From contig OY762722.1 of NCBI GenBank assembly GCA_963666305.1, forward strand, positions 4,707,073-4,771,072: 64,000 nt of DNA, given 5' to 3'. This stretch comes from Candidatus Poribacteria bacterium (GTDB lineage: Bacteria; Poribacteria; WGA-4E; WGA-3G). The notes below the pieces were generated by a model, which worked only from the letters and a program-made list of their open reading frames with translations, did not search any database and was not told where the DNA came from. This document shows, piece after piece, positions 40,078 to 48,787 of the stretch. The number at the start of each line of letters is the position of its first letter. Position 1 is the first letter of the stretch. The translations under genes were made by a program, and so were the position numbers.

Positions 40078-40605
40078 TCAAAGTGTTTCGCTCGCGTCTT
40101 CAAGCACAGCGTCGATCAACCTACTGCTGAGTCGGAAGCCTTTCTGCTGGAGTTGTAATAGTAACGGGCGAACCGCTCTAATTTTGCCTTTCTTTTTCGC
40201 AAACAAAAGAAAACCTGCTACACCGACTGCTTGCAATCCTAAAGACTGAGCAACTTTTCGCCCGCGTAGGTCATCAACAAACACATTCGTTACACCCAGT
40301 TCTGTTGCTAATACCAGCGTTTCAGCCTCGCCTTTATCTAGTGTTGCCATTAGCATTGTAACTGCTGATGTGTTAGAAACGGTTTGCCTTCCAACAAAAG
40401 TCGCTTGTCGTAATTCTTTTTCTCCCGGTCTCCCTTCTCCTCGTTCAGCAACTTCCTCCCAAACTTTGTCCGCGATGATCAACGTTTCGACAAGTGTTTT
40501 CAAAGCATCCCACTGTTGGCAAAGAGAGATACCAATTACAAATGAGGCATCAGCTACAGCTATCAACTTGCTTGCATCGGTTACTTTGTTTGTTGTATTA
40601 AGCAT
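40078..40605 (-). CDS. DUF3368 PIN-like toxin
   Basis: Paired with and overlapping a UPF0175 gene; PIN-like acidic residues. Confidence 0.55.
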   Translation of the reverse strand: MLNTTNKVTDASKLIAVADASFVIGISLCQQWDALKTLVETLIIADKVWEEVAERGEGRPGEKELRQATFVGRQTVSNTSAVTMLMATLDKGEAETLVLATELGVTNVFVDDLRGRKVAQSLGLQAVGVAGFLLFAKKKGKIRAVRPLLLQLQQKGFRLSSRLIDAVLEDASETL

Positions 40606-40865
40606 TCGACAGTCTTCAATTCCTGTTGGATTTCCTCATCATCGTATTCAGCAATCGGGATATCGTGCTGACTCAGCAGCCGAATAAAATCCCATAAGTG
40701 TAGTTCTGCCAATTTTGCAGCTTGCCCTAAAGAGAGAATGTTCCGCTCGAAGAGAGAGATCGCAAGCACCTGTTTTGCCTCCTCAGTCAGTTTCTCTCGA
40801 TTATAGCCGGAAATAGAAAGTGGGGTTGAAAGTTCACTAGGGACATCCAATGTGATAGAACGCAT
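40581..40865 (-). CDS. UPF0175-family antitoxin
   Basis: Small helical protein ..ISLFERNILSLGQAAKLAELHLWDFIRLL.. typical of UPF0175; 25-bp overlap with the downstream toxin gene. Confidence 0.55.
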   Translation of the reverse strand: MRSITLDVPSELSTPLSISGYNREKLTEEAKQVLAISLFERNILSLGQAAKLAELHLWDFIRLLSQHDIPIAEYDDEEIQQELKTVECLIQQTK

Positions 40866-41037
40866 GATTCTTACCTCTATATCGCCTTAAGAGTAGCACC
40901 AAAATGTAGTTCGTTTTGATTATAAAACATCGCTCATAGGTTCAGTAACATTATACCATCTTTCACAAGAAAACATAATTTTAATTTGCCCAAACTTTAC
41001 TAAAAATAAATCATGTATCAATACAGGCTCGCAAATG

Positions 41038-42597
41038 CTATAGAGACAGAGAATTTTCTGTTGACTCCACAGAAGCTTTAGCGCGAAAAGCGTTGATGCT
41101 TCCTTTCTCGTTAGATGCCCAACCCAGAGCGACCAATTTAAAGATCTGTCCTCGTTCAAAATGATGTGTCATTTCTCCCGTTTCATTAGGACCCAACCAA
41201 CCTGTGTCGTGCGATGCCTCAAGAAGGATTCCTTCGGGACGTTTGTAATAAGGATCAAAGGTAAGTCTGTGATCGGCATCCAGCAGATGAAAGGACCCGT
41301 ACGCCTTTTCATCACCTACTTCAATATCAATGATGAGTGTACCGCCTCTTTCAAACGCTGTGGTATCAACTACGACAACCGTGTAGTCTTGATGTCCATA
41401 TTCTGGGGTGCGAACAACGTCCAATATCCGTTGCGAGGGTTGCTCGGGTGTGAGAACAGTGTTCCCGAATCCGGGGAGTTTTCCTGCTAAGGCATCCGCG
41501 AGGAAGAGAAGGTAATTCTCACTTTCCAAAGTGCCATCTTTACGTCTGTTGTTCCCAAGGTAATCATTGACGGCTACATGTCCTATCGCTTCGAGTTCAG
41601 GGGATATAACCCATGTATCTACTGGACCTCGCCGCCATTTGTTACTAATGATTGTGCGTGCCAACGGAGATACTCCGTCAAATCCTATAGTATCGCGCAT
41701 GTGCCTCAGGTCAATATTGCGTATCCACGTATTGATAAAATTTTCGTTCAGAAATTTGATAATCCGTTCGTCGGAGAGGACAACTGCCCTCAAGCTTTTG
41801 CCGCTCCCTCAGCATGCCTCGTCGGCGAGCGGTCCATCTATTGAAATAGCATGGATCGGTTTCTGCATTTTTTCTGCCATTTCCAGTGCTTCTTCGAGCG
41901 ATACCCAGTTAATTCGTTGCGATTTGTAGAAACGCCGTATAAGCGCGCATTCCGCTTCTTTTTGTGTGATGGATTCGGTATATTCAGAGTTCGGAATTTG
42001 TATTCCTGTAAGGAGTTCCATTTGTGGGCAAACACCACCACCTGTAGTAAAACCCGAGTGATCTTTGTGTTTCTTCCAGTTGACATCAAACCATGTATTT
42101 TCAGGAACGCGCATCTGGAAAAACACGACACTTTTCTTCGGACAGTCAATAACCAGATGTCCAGCAAGCTGAGAAGGTGTGAACCAACCGTCCGTTAAGG
42201 CAAACGCCGCATGGATCCGAAACACGATATCAGCGAATTCATCATTGTAAGCGCGTAGACACGCCCACAAACCACGGGAATCTCCTGCATTAATGTGCAT
42301 ATCCAGATTCGGATTGGGTTGAAACTGTTCCAGCAAGGCACGCGCGCCTTGGTCGTCAATCTGCCAAGACTCTCCAACGGAGACAGGCTTATCTGGAAGA
42401 AACGCTCGGAAAACCGAGGTAGAATACTCCTTTTCTGGTTCAGCAACACGTAAATTTGCCAACGTATCCCATTCTTCATGGAAATTCGGATCCATGTCCT
42501 CAATCGGTGCGATGAACCCTTTGACGGACACTTCTGTGTTATTGTCAAGATTGAGAGCGATTTTGTCTGGTAAAGTTTTCATTTTGGGATTCCTCAT
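41038..42597 (-). CDS. Candidate selenoprotein B, paralog of 37920..40016. In-frame TGA at 41809-41811 within ..KPIHAISIDGPLADEAC-U-GSGKSL..FLNENFINTW..; single C-terminal beta domain
   Basis: ORFs 41809..42597 and 41038..41793 share one frame across the TGA. 25/27 nt around the TGA are identical to paralog A, with only synonymous differences. Hairpin GAGGGC-AGUU-GUCCUC (plus 41775-41790) retains pairing through a G.U wobble. Confidence 0.45.
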
Positions 42598-42741
42598 TTA
42601 TGCCAACCTGACTTGCTGGAATTTTGGGTATGGAATGTCAAGGATTTTAGCCATTTGAACCTGGATTTGGTCGTAAGCTTGACTGCTGAAATTTTCGACT
42701 AAAGTTCCAAACAGATCGAATATAACAGCTTTGTAGGGCAT
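42598..42741 (-). pseudogene. Truncated HAD-hydrolase N-terminal fragment (47 aa, MPYKAVIFDLFGTLVENF..) abutting the start of selenoprotein-candidate B
   Basis: GGAG RBS, HAD motif-I-like FDLFGTL with the second Asp lost; its TAA is immediately followed by the ATG of the next gene. Confidence 0.35.
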
Positions 42742-42927
42742 TTTTGCTCCTTATGTTTAAGGTTTGGAGGATTTTTTAAGGTAGCAGTGAGCATATTACG
42801 ATTAACCTATAAACACCAAGCTTCTTCAAATCTTTTTCGGATGCGTCCAGATAGGTAAGATAGTTAATAGGTTGGATTGAACGCAGTAAAACCCAACTAA
42901 CTTCACCGCGGGCTGTAATAAAAGTTC

Positions 42928-42949
42928 GGTGCGGTTAGGAAACCGCACC
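42928..42949. repeat. Palindromic intergenic element GGTGCGGTT-N5-AACCGCACC (family C)
   Basis: Near-identical hairpin at 53494-53514. Confidence 0.45.
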
Positions 42950-43028
42950 TAATTGAACGGAAGGATGGAATTAGGAAATCCCACTGGAGCATACCCAATT
43001 GATGCCTATAGACAGGAATGTTGTGGAA

Positions 43029-43619
43029 CTATGACGGATTCTGGTTCTCATAAGCGGCAATGTCCGCTTCATACTGCAAGGTCCAGCCGATTTCGTCCAG
43101 TCCGTTCAGGAGGCAGTACTTCTCAAAATCGCCGATTTCAAAAGTGTGTGCAGTGCCATCAGCGCAGATCACCGACTGCTGGTCCAGGTCTACCATCAAT
43201 TGGTAGCCTTCAGTGTCATGTGCCTCTTGACTGAGCAAGGTGATAACATCTGCAGGCAAAGCGATCGGGAGGATACCGTTTTTGTAGCAATTGTTGCGGA
43301 AAATGTCGGCAAACGAGGGCGCGAGAATTGCTTTGAATCCGTACTGCTGGAGTGCCCACGGTGCGTGTTCGCGGGAGCTGCCACAACCGAAGTTTACGCC
43401 TGCGATGAGAATACTCGCATCTGCGTAACGTGGGAGGTTCAATACGAATTCTGGGTTCGGATCACCATTCTCAAGGTAACGCCAGTCGTTAAAGAGAAAT
43501 TCACCGAAGCCGGTGCGTTCAATCCGTTTCAGGAATTGCTTCGGGATAATTTGGTCGGTATCAACGTTAATCCGGTCGAGCGGGACAACACGTCCCACAT
43601 GTTCTTGGAATGCTTCCAT
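43029..43619 (-). CDS. leuD: 3-isopropylmalate dehydratase small subunit
   Basis: Full-length LeuD similarity (..[17 protein letters not shown]..). Confidence 0.9.
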   Translation of the reverse strand: MEAFQEHVGRVVPLDRINVDTDQIIPKQFLKRIERTGFGEFLFNDWRYLENGDPNPEFVLNLPRYADASILIAGVNFGCGSSREHAPWALQQYGFKAILAPSFADIFRNNCYKNGILPIALPADVITLLSQEAHDTEGYQLMVDLDQQSVICADGTAHTFEIGDFEKYCLLNGLDEIGWTLQYEADIAAYENQNPS

Positions 43620-43676
43620 TTTTTTATTTCCTTGTAATAACTACTAAATTTCGGACAATTTTCAGTCAAAACTGGA

Positions 43677-43883
43677 CTATAATTCACTTTCTTCAATGCC
43701 ACAGATCTTCATAAAATGCCGCTGCAAGCCGCGTTTGAGTGTCTTATTCCCGTGAACAGGGACGGAGAGACGTACTGGAATTCCATCTTTACCGTAAATG
43801 TGATGGCTGCCTTTAATTCGTTTTAGCTGCCAACCCCGCTTTTCCAATAAGCGGCAATAGGCTCTACCGCTTAAGGCCTTCAA
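43677..43883 (-). CDS. hicA: HicA-family mRNA interferase toxin
   Basis: ..LEKRGWQLKRIKGSHHIY.. HicA motif. Confidence 0.8.
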   Translation of the reverse strand: MKALSGRAYCRLLEKRGWQLKRIKGSHHIYGKDGIPVRLSVPVHGNKTLKRGLQRHFMKICGIEESEL

Positions 43884-44083
43884 ACCGCTATCTCCATTAC
43901 CCTATCTTTCTCTGTAATTTGTAGTGCTGCAACATCCACAGATAAACATCCCTCAATGGCTTCATAGATGTTTTCAAGCAATTCTTCAAACGTCTCGCCT
44001 TGTGTAGCACATCCCAAGATTGCTGGCACTTCTGCCCAATATCCACCCTCTTCGGCTTCATGAATGACGACCTTTAGTTTCAT
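43880..44083 (-). CDS. hicB: HicB-family antitoxin (UPF0150)
   Basis: MKLKVVIHEAEEGGYWAEVPAILGCATQGETFEE.. HicB/UPF0150 N-domain; 4-bp overlap with hicA. Confidence 0.7.
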   Translation of the reverse strand: MKLKVVIHEAEEGGYWAEVPAILGCATQGETFEELLENIYEAIEGCLSVDVAALQITEKDRVMEIAV

Positions 44084-44127
44084 AGTTTACCTCCGCTCTT
44101 TGTTTATCAAGGACGACCACATTTAAT

Positions 44128-45531
44128 CTACTGAAACTGTCGGATATCCACAAAGTGGCCTGTGACTGCAGTCGCAGCCGCCATCTGTGGACTCACGAGG
44201 TGCGTGCGTCCACCTTTGCCCTGTCTGCCTTCAAAATTCCGGTTTGATGTGCTGGCACAGCGTTGCCCCGGCATTAGAGTATCAGGATTCATACCGAGAC
44301 ACATACTACAACCGGCTTCGCGCCACTCAAAACCGGCGGCACGGAAAATCTCGTCAAGCCCTTCCGCTTCCGCTTGGCGTTTGACCGCCTGTGAGCCGGG
44401 GACGACCATCGCACTGACAGTATCTGCGACTTTCCTACCCTTTGCGACTTCCGCGGCAACGCGTAGATCGCTGATACGGGAGTTGGTGCAACTCCCGATG
44501 AAAACCCTATCTACCGGAATATCTGTGATTGGCGTGCCGGGTTTGAGATCCATATATGCTAAAGCGTGCTCGGTAGCAGTCTTTTCGTCGGTTGTCGCCA
44601 TGTCTGTTGGATTCGGGACGCGCCCTGTCACATCCGTCACCATCCCTGGGTTTGTGCCCCACGTCACCTGTGGTGCGATTTCTGCGGCATCGAGTTGCAA
44701 GATCCGATCGTAGGTCGCGCCTTCGTCAGTCGGAAGTTGCTTCCAGCGTTCAACTGCGGCATCAAACGCTTCACCTTTCGGTGCAAAGTGTTTGCCAGCG
44801 ATGTATTCATAAGTAGTGTCATCGGGAGCAATCATACCCGCACGTGCCCCGGCCTCAATGGACATATTGCAAACGGTCATCCGTTCCTCAATGCTGAGGG
44901 CGCGGATCGCTGAACCTGTGTATTCAACGACGGCACCGTTACCGCCGTCAATACCGATATGTCCAATGATAGCGAGGATAATGTCTTTCGCAGTCACACC
45001 GTAAGGAAGTGTTCCATCAATCCGAATCTCAAAGGTTTCTGATTCCTGTTGTAAGAGGCATTGCGTGGCGAGTACATGCTCAATCTCGCTGGTGCCGATG
45101 CCGAAAGCGAGGGCACCGAGTGCGCCGTGCGTTGAGGTGTGGCTGTCTCCACAGACGATAGTCGTGCCGGGCAACGTGATACCGAGTTCGGGTCCAATGA
45201 CATGTACAATACCTTGTTCAGGACTATCTATGTCGTAGAGCGGAATGTCAAACTCGGTGCAGTTTTGCGCCAGCGTTTCCATCTGCTTTGCGGCAATCAA
45301 ATCGGTGATGGGCAGCGATCTATCCGTTGTCGGGACGTTGTGATCCATCGTGGCGAACGTTAGATCCGGACGACGGACCTTCCGATTGTTGAGTCTTAAC
45401 CCCTCAAACGCTTGTGGGGATGTGACTTCGTGAACGAGGTGTGTGTCGATATAAAGAATCGGCACTTCGTCTGCGGAAGCGCGCACAAGATGCGCCTCCC
45501 ATATCTTTTCGTACATCGTTTGTGTTTTCAT
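44128..45531 (-). CDS. leuC: 3-isopropylmalate dehydratase large subunit
   Basis: Aconitase-family motifs; full length. Confidence 0.9.
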   Translation of the reverse strand: MKTQTMYEKIWEAHLVRASADEVPILYIDTHLVHEVTSPQAFEGLRLNNRKVRRPDLTFATMDHNVPTTDRSLPITDLIAAKQMETLAQNCTEFDIPLYDIDSPEQGIVHVIGPELGITLPGTTIVCGDSHTSTHGALGALAFGIGTSEIEHVLATQCLLQQESETFEIRIDGTLPYGVTAKDIILAIIGHIGIDGGNGAVVEYTGSAIRALSIEERMTVCNMSIEAGARAGMIAPDDTTYEYIAGKHFAPKGEAFDAAVERWKQLPTDEGATYDRILQLDAAEIAPQVTWGTNPGMVTDVTGRVPNPTDMATTDEKTATEHALAYMDLKPGTPITDIPVDRVFIGSCTNSRISDLRVAAEVAKGRKVADTVSAMVVPGSQAVKRQAEAEGLDEIFRAAGFEWREAGCSMCLGMNPDTLMPGQRCASTSNRNFEGRQGKGGRTHLVSPQMAAATAVTGHFVDIRQFQ

Positions 45532-45611
45532 AGTTTATACGCTTCCAATAAATTAGATTTTTAGATTTCCAGAACTTATCACACGAAGGCTACCGACGAG
45601 TTATCCTTTAC

Positions 45612-46757
45612 TCAAAAAGGTTGTAATATGCCATCCTTTACTATCAGTGCCTTCAGGTCGTAAGCAGCGTCCCCATTGACATCAAAAGAGAATTTACCCA
45701 GAACTGTGTCAAAGTCTCTGATATTCGCCAACGCGTCTCGGATCGAGATCGAATCGGTTGATTGGGCGTTCCTAATCGCCTCTGCCAAAATATAGACGGA
45801 AGCATACGACGCCGTAGCAAAGACGTTTGGCTCCATACCGAAAGTTGCCCTGTAATTTTGAACGAAGGCTCGATTCCCGGGCGTATCATCTGTAGGGAGC
45901 CAACCGATAAAAGTTATCGCGCCTTCGGCAGCGGCACCCGCGGCTTCTACTTCAACACTGGTTAATGAACTCACAATAAACGGAACGGATATGCCGAGTT
46001 CGTGTGCTTGAATCAGGACGATCGGTTTTTCGGGTGGCAACGCCGAGACAAAGATAGCATCCGGATTCAACGCCTTTATCCGAGTTAGCTGCGCCGAGAA
46101 GTCCGTATCACCGCTCTGGAAGACCTCAGTCGTTAGTACCTCAATATCGTTCGTGGTGAATGCCTCTCGCAACGCCTCGTCTCTATCTGTCGAAAAGAGA
46201 TCGGTTTCGTCATAAATCGTAGCGACCCGTTGATAGCCAAGTTTTGCATGCGTTGCCTCGACACCTTTAAGCGTCACAATATTAGTTGCGAGCGGAACAC
46301 GAAAAACGAAATCACCGATTGCGCTGAGACCGCGTGCCCCTGACGTTGGGCTAATCGCCACAACCTGATTTTCTTGTGCGACCGGAAAAGCGGCTTGGGT
46401 CGCACTTGAGGTAGCGGGACCGAGAATAACAGACACGCCATCTTCGTAAATCAGTTTATTGAAAGCAGCAACTGCGCCCTCTGGGATACTGGTATTATCT
46501 TCAATAATGAATTTAAGCTTTGTATTACTGAGTTGTGAACTGTTAATTTCATCGAGGGCTAAGTTAAGACCTTGCTTCATGAGTTGCCCTGTAGAAACTT
46601 GGTGTCCCGTCAAGGGTAAAACGACCCCGATGGAAATTACGCCACTTTTACGTTCTATTTCAGGTGTAGCGGGTTGGACAATGTGCGATACTCGCTCGCA
46701 AGCAGAGACGCCTACTATTGAGATCACAATTGCCACGATAAACATGAATGGTTTCAA
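45612..46757 (-). CDS. Branched-chain amino acid ABC transporter substrate-binding lipoprotein (LivK-like)
   Basis: Periplasmic-binding-protein type 1 fold; lipoprotein signal ..VGVSAC. Confidence 0.8.
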   Translation of the reverse strand: MKPFMFIVAIVISIVGVSACERVSHIVQPATPEIERKSGVISIGVVLPLTGHQVSTGQLMKQGLNLALDEINSSQLSNTKLKFIIEDNTSIPEGAVAAFNKLIYEDGVSVILGPATSSATQAAFPVAQENQVVAISPTSGARGLSAIGDFVFRVPLATNIVTLKGVEATHAKLGYQRVATIYDETDLFSTDRDEALREAFTTNDIEVLTTEVFQSGDTDFSAQLTRIKALNPDAIFVSALPPEKPIVLIQAHELGISVPFIVSSLTSVEVEAAGAAAEGAITFIGWLPTDDTPGNRAFVQNYRATFGMEPNVFATASYASVYILAEAIRNAQSTDSISIRDALANIRDFDTVLGKFSFDVNGDAAYDLKALIVKDGILQPF

Positions 46758-46855
46758 TTTAATGTGTTCCTTTCTTTTGTGGGCATCAGTTATCGACTTT
46801 CAGCAAGAGCCGAAACATCGTCGACGGTTATCTTGCCGACTGCTGACGGCTATTA

Positions 46856-48649
46856 TCAAACCCGCATAACAACTGGGAAAATGAGCGGGGACCGTTGCGT
46901 CTGTTTCGAGAAAAACCGGCGGAGCGCGCCTCGGATCTCGTCTTGGACTGTCTCCATTTCCTGTTTTTGTTCATCGCTCAGGTTCTCGATGACGCTTCGG
47001 GTAATTTCTTTCGCTTCTTCTATGAGTTCTTCCGATTTGTCCATATAGACGAACCCACGCGAGATAATTTCTATCTGCCCGGCGTTCAATCCCGTTTCGG
47101 ATGGGATGTCCGTCTGCACAATTCCATCAACACCTTCAATGCCATTCAGCATATTTTTCAAGTTGCTTTTGTTGTCTGTGGTGCTTATGTCCGCACCTAT
47201 ATCGCTGTGCAGGACGATAATCGGAACAACGATGCCGTCTTCGGAAAGTTGGATACGGTCGCGTAGGACGATATCTTCAAGTTCAAATTCTGGCTTGCCA
47301 TCAACAAGGACGCGTCCGGAACGTCCCTCGCGTCCAAGGACCTCGCACGTTTCAGAGGTAAGCCGAATGAGTTCGCCATCTTCAGCGACTTTAATGTTGG
47401 CACTCGGTATACCTACAGACTCGGCGAGTTCGGCATGTCGCATTAGATTTTGATATTCACCGTGCACAGGCATGAAAAACTTAGGCTGTAAAAGATTGAG
47501 CATCAACTTCAGATCCTCGCTTGACCCATGACCTGATACATGAACATTTGCATTGCGTTCATGGTATATTTTCGCGCCACGTCTGAGCAGATGGTTTACG
47601 ACGTTTCCGATAGCCTTTTCGTTGCCGGGGATGATTCTTGCGGACATAACGACCGTATCGCCACGTTCTACCTTTAGAAACGGGTGATTGTCAAGTGCCA
47701 TCAGTGACAAGGCAGAGCGGGGTTCACCTTGGCTTCCGGTACACAAAATCACGACCTCGTGCGGTTTGAACATGGACGCATCACGAGCGTCAATGAGATA
47801 ATCCGGGTTCAGGTTGAGGTAACCGAGTTCAGAAGCGGTGCGCACATTGTTGAGGAGAGAACGCCCGGTGACAGCGACAAGCCGCCGGTGTACATTTGCC
47901 AATTCAATGAATTGCTGGATCCGATGCAGACTCGAAGAGAAGGTGCAGAGGAACAACTTCTGATCCGCTTTCTGAAAGATATTGTCTATCGTCCCATAGA
48001 TGCTTCGCTCGGAGGCGGTCTGTCCGAGTCGTTCTGAATTTGTACTATCGGAGATGAGCAGATGGACACCTTCTGAACCCAAACGTGCGAGCGTCTGAAT
48101 ATCACTCATTTTGCCATCAACAGGAGTCATGTCAAACTTAAAATCGCCTGTATGGACGATAACGCCGATCGGTGTGCGTAGCGCAATTGATACGGTATCT
48201 GGAATACTATGTGTAACATGGATGAATTCGGCAGAAAAATCACCCAATTCGACCGTATCGCCGGGGGCAACCGTATTGAGTTGTGCCTTGCCGAGGACAT
48301 TGTATTCGCGTAATCTTCCACTCGCGATCGCAAGCGTAAGTTGCGTGCCGTAAACCGGTACGTCTAACTGCCGTAGAACATAGAATAAGGCACCAATATG
48401 ATCCTCATGTCCGTGGGTTAGAAGAATACCGCGAACCTTCTCTTTTCGTTCAACCAGATAGTGGATATCTGGAAAAATCAGATCGACACCGGGCATGTCA
48501 GCATTCGGTAGCATGAAACCGGTATCAATGACGATAATGTCATTTTCGGTCTCATACACCATCATATTAAGCCCAAATTCGCCTAAACCTCCCAATGGCA
48601 CGAGTGAAACATTTCCATTGGTTTCTTCAAATTCTAAATCTTCTGTCAT
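46856..48649 (-). CDS. rnj: Ribonuclease J
   Basis: Metallo-beta-lactamase HGHEDHIG motif, beta-CASP and C-terminal domain. Confidence 0.85.
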   Translation of the reverse strand: MTEDLEFEETNGNVSLVPLGGLGEFGLNMMVYETENDIIVIDTGFMLPNADMPGVDLIFPDIHYLVERKEKVRGILLTHGHEDHIGALFYVLRQLDVPVYGTQLTLAIASGRLREYNVLGKAQLNTVAPGDTVELGDFSAEFIHVTHSIPDTVSIALRTPIGVIVHTGDFKFDMTPVDGKMSDIQTLARLGSEGVHLLISDSTNSERLGQTASERSIYGTIDNIFQKADQKLFLCTFSSSLHRIQQFIELANVHRRLVAVTGRSLLNNVRTASELGYLNLNPDYLIDARDASMFKPHEVVILCTGSQGEPRSALSLMALDNHPFLKVERGDTVVMSARIIPGNEKAIGNVVNHLLRRGAKIYHERNANVHVSGHGSSEDLKLMLNLLQPKFFMPVHGEYQNLMRHAELAESVGIPSANIKVAEDGELIRLTSETCEVLGREGRSGRVLVDGKPEFELEDIVLRDRIQLSEDGIVVPIIVLHSDIGADISTTDNKSNLKNMLNGIEGVDGIVQTDIPSETGLNAGQIEIISRGFVYMDKSEELIEEAKEITRSVIENLSDEQKQEMETVQDEIRGALRRFFSKQTQRSPLIFPVVMRV

Positions 48650-48659
48650 ATTTTTTAGT

Positions 48660-48770
48660 AGCCGTCAGCCGTCAGCAATCGGTTCCGTCAGTCACAAGAG
48701 GAAACTTTTGTTAAACGAGGGAAACGCCCAAGCAAAACACCTCTTAACTGAAAGCCGACAGCCCAAAACC
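48660..48770. repeat. Mosaic intergenic repeat: module F (AGCCGTCAGCCGTCAGCAATCGG) plus module E core plus CTTAACTGAAAGCCGAC
   Basis: rc(48745-48762) equals 20375-20392 (GTCGGCTTTCAGTTAAGA); the CTGACAG/CTGACGG module also occurs at 20360-20382 and 46832-46852. Confidence 0.5.
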
Positions 48771-48787
48771 ATTCCTGTTGATAATTA

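Noticed and set aside
43146-43637. 163-aa plus-strand ORF
   Set aside because: Fully antisense to leuD.
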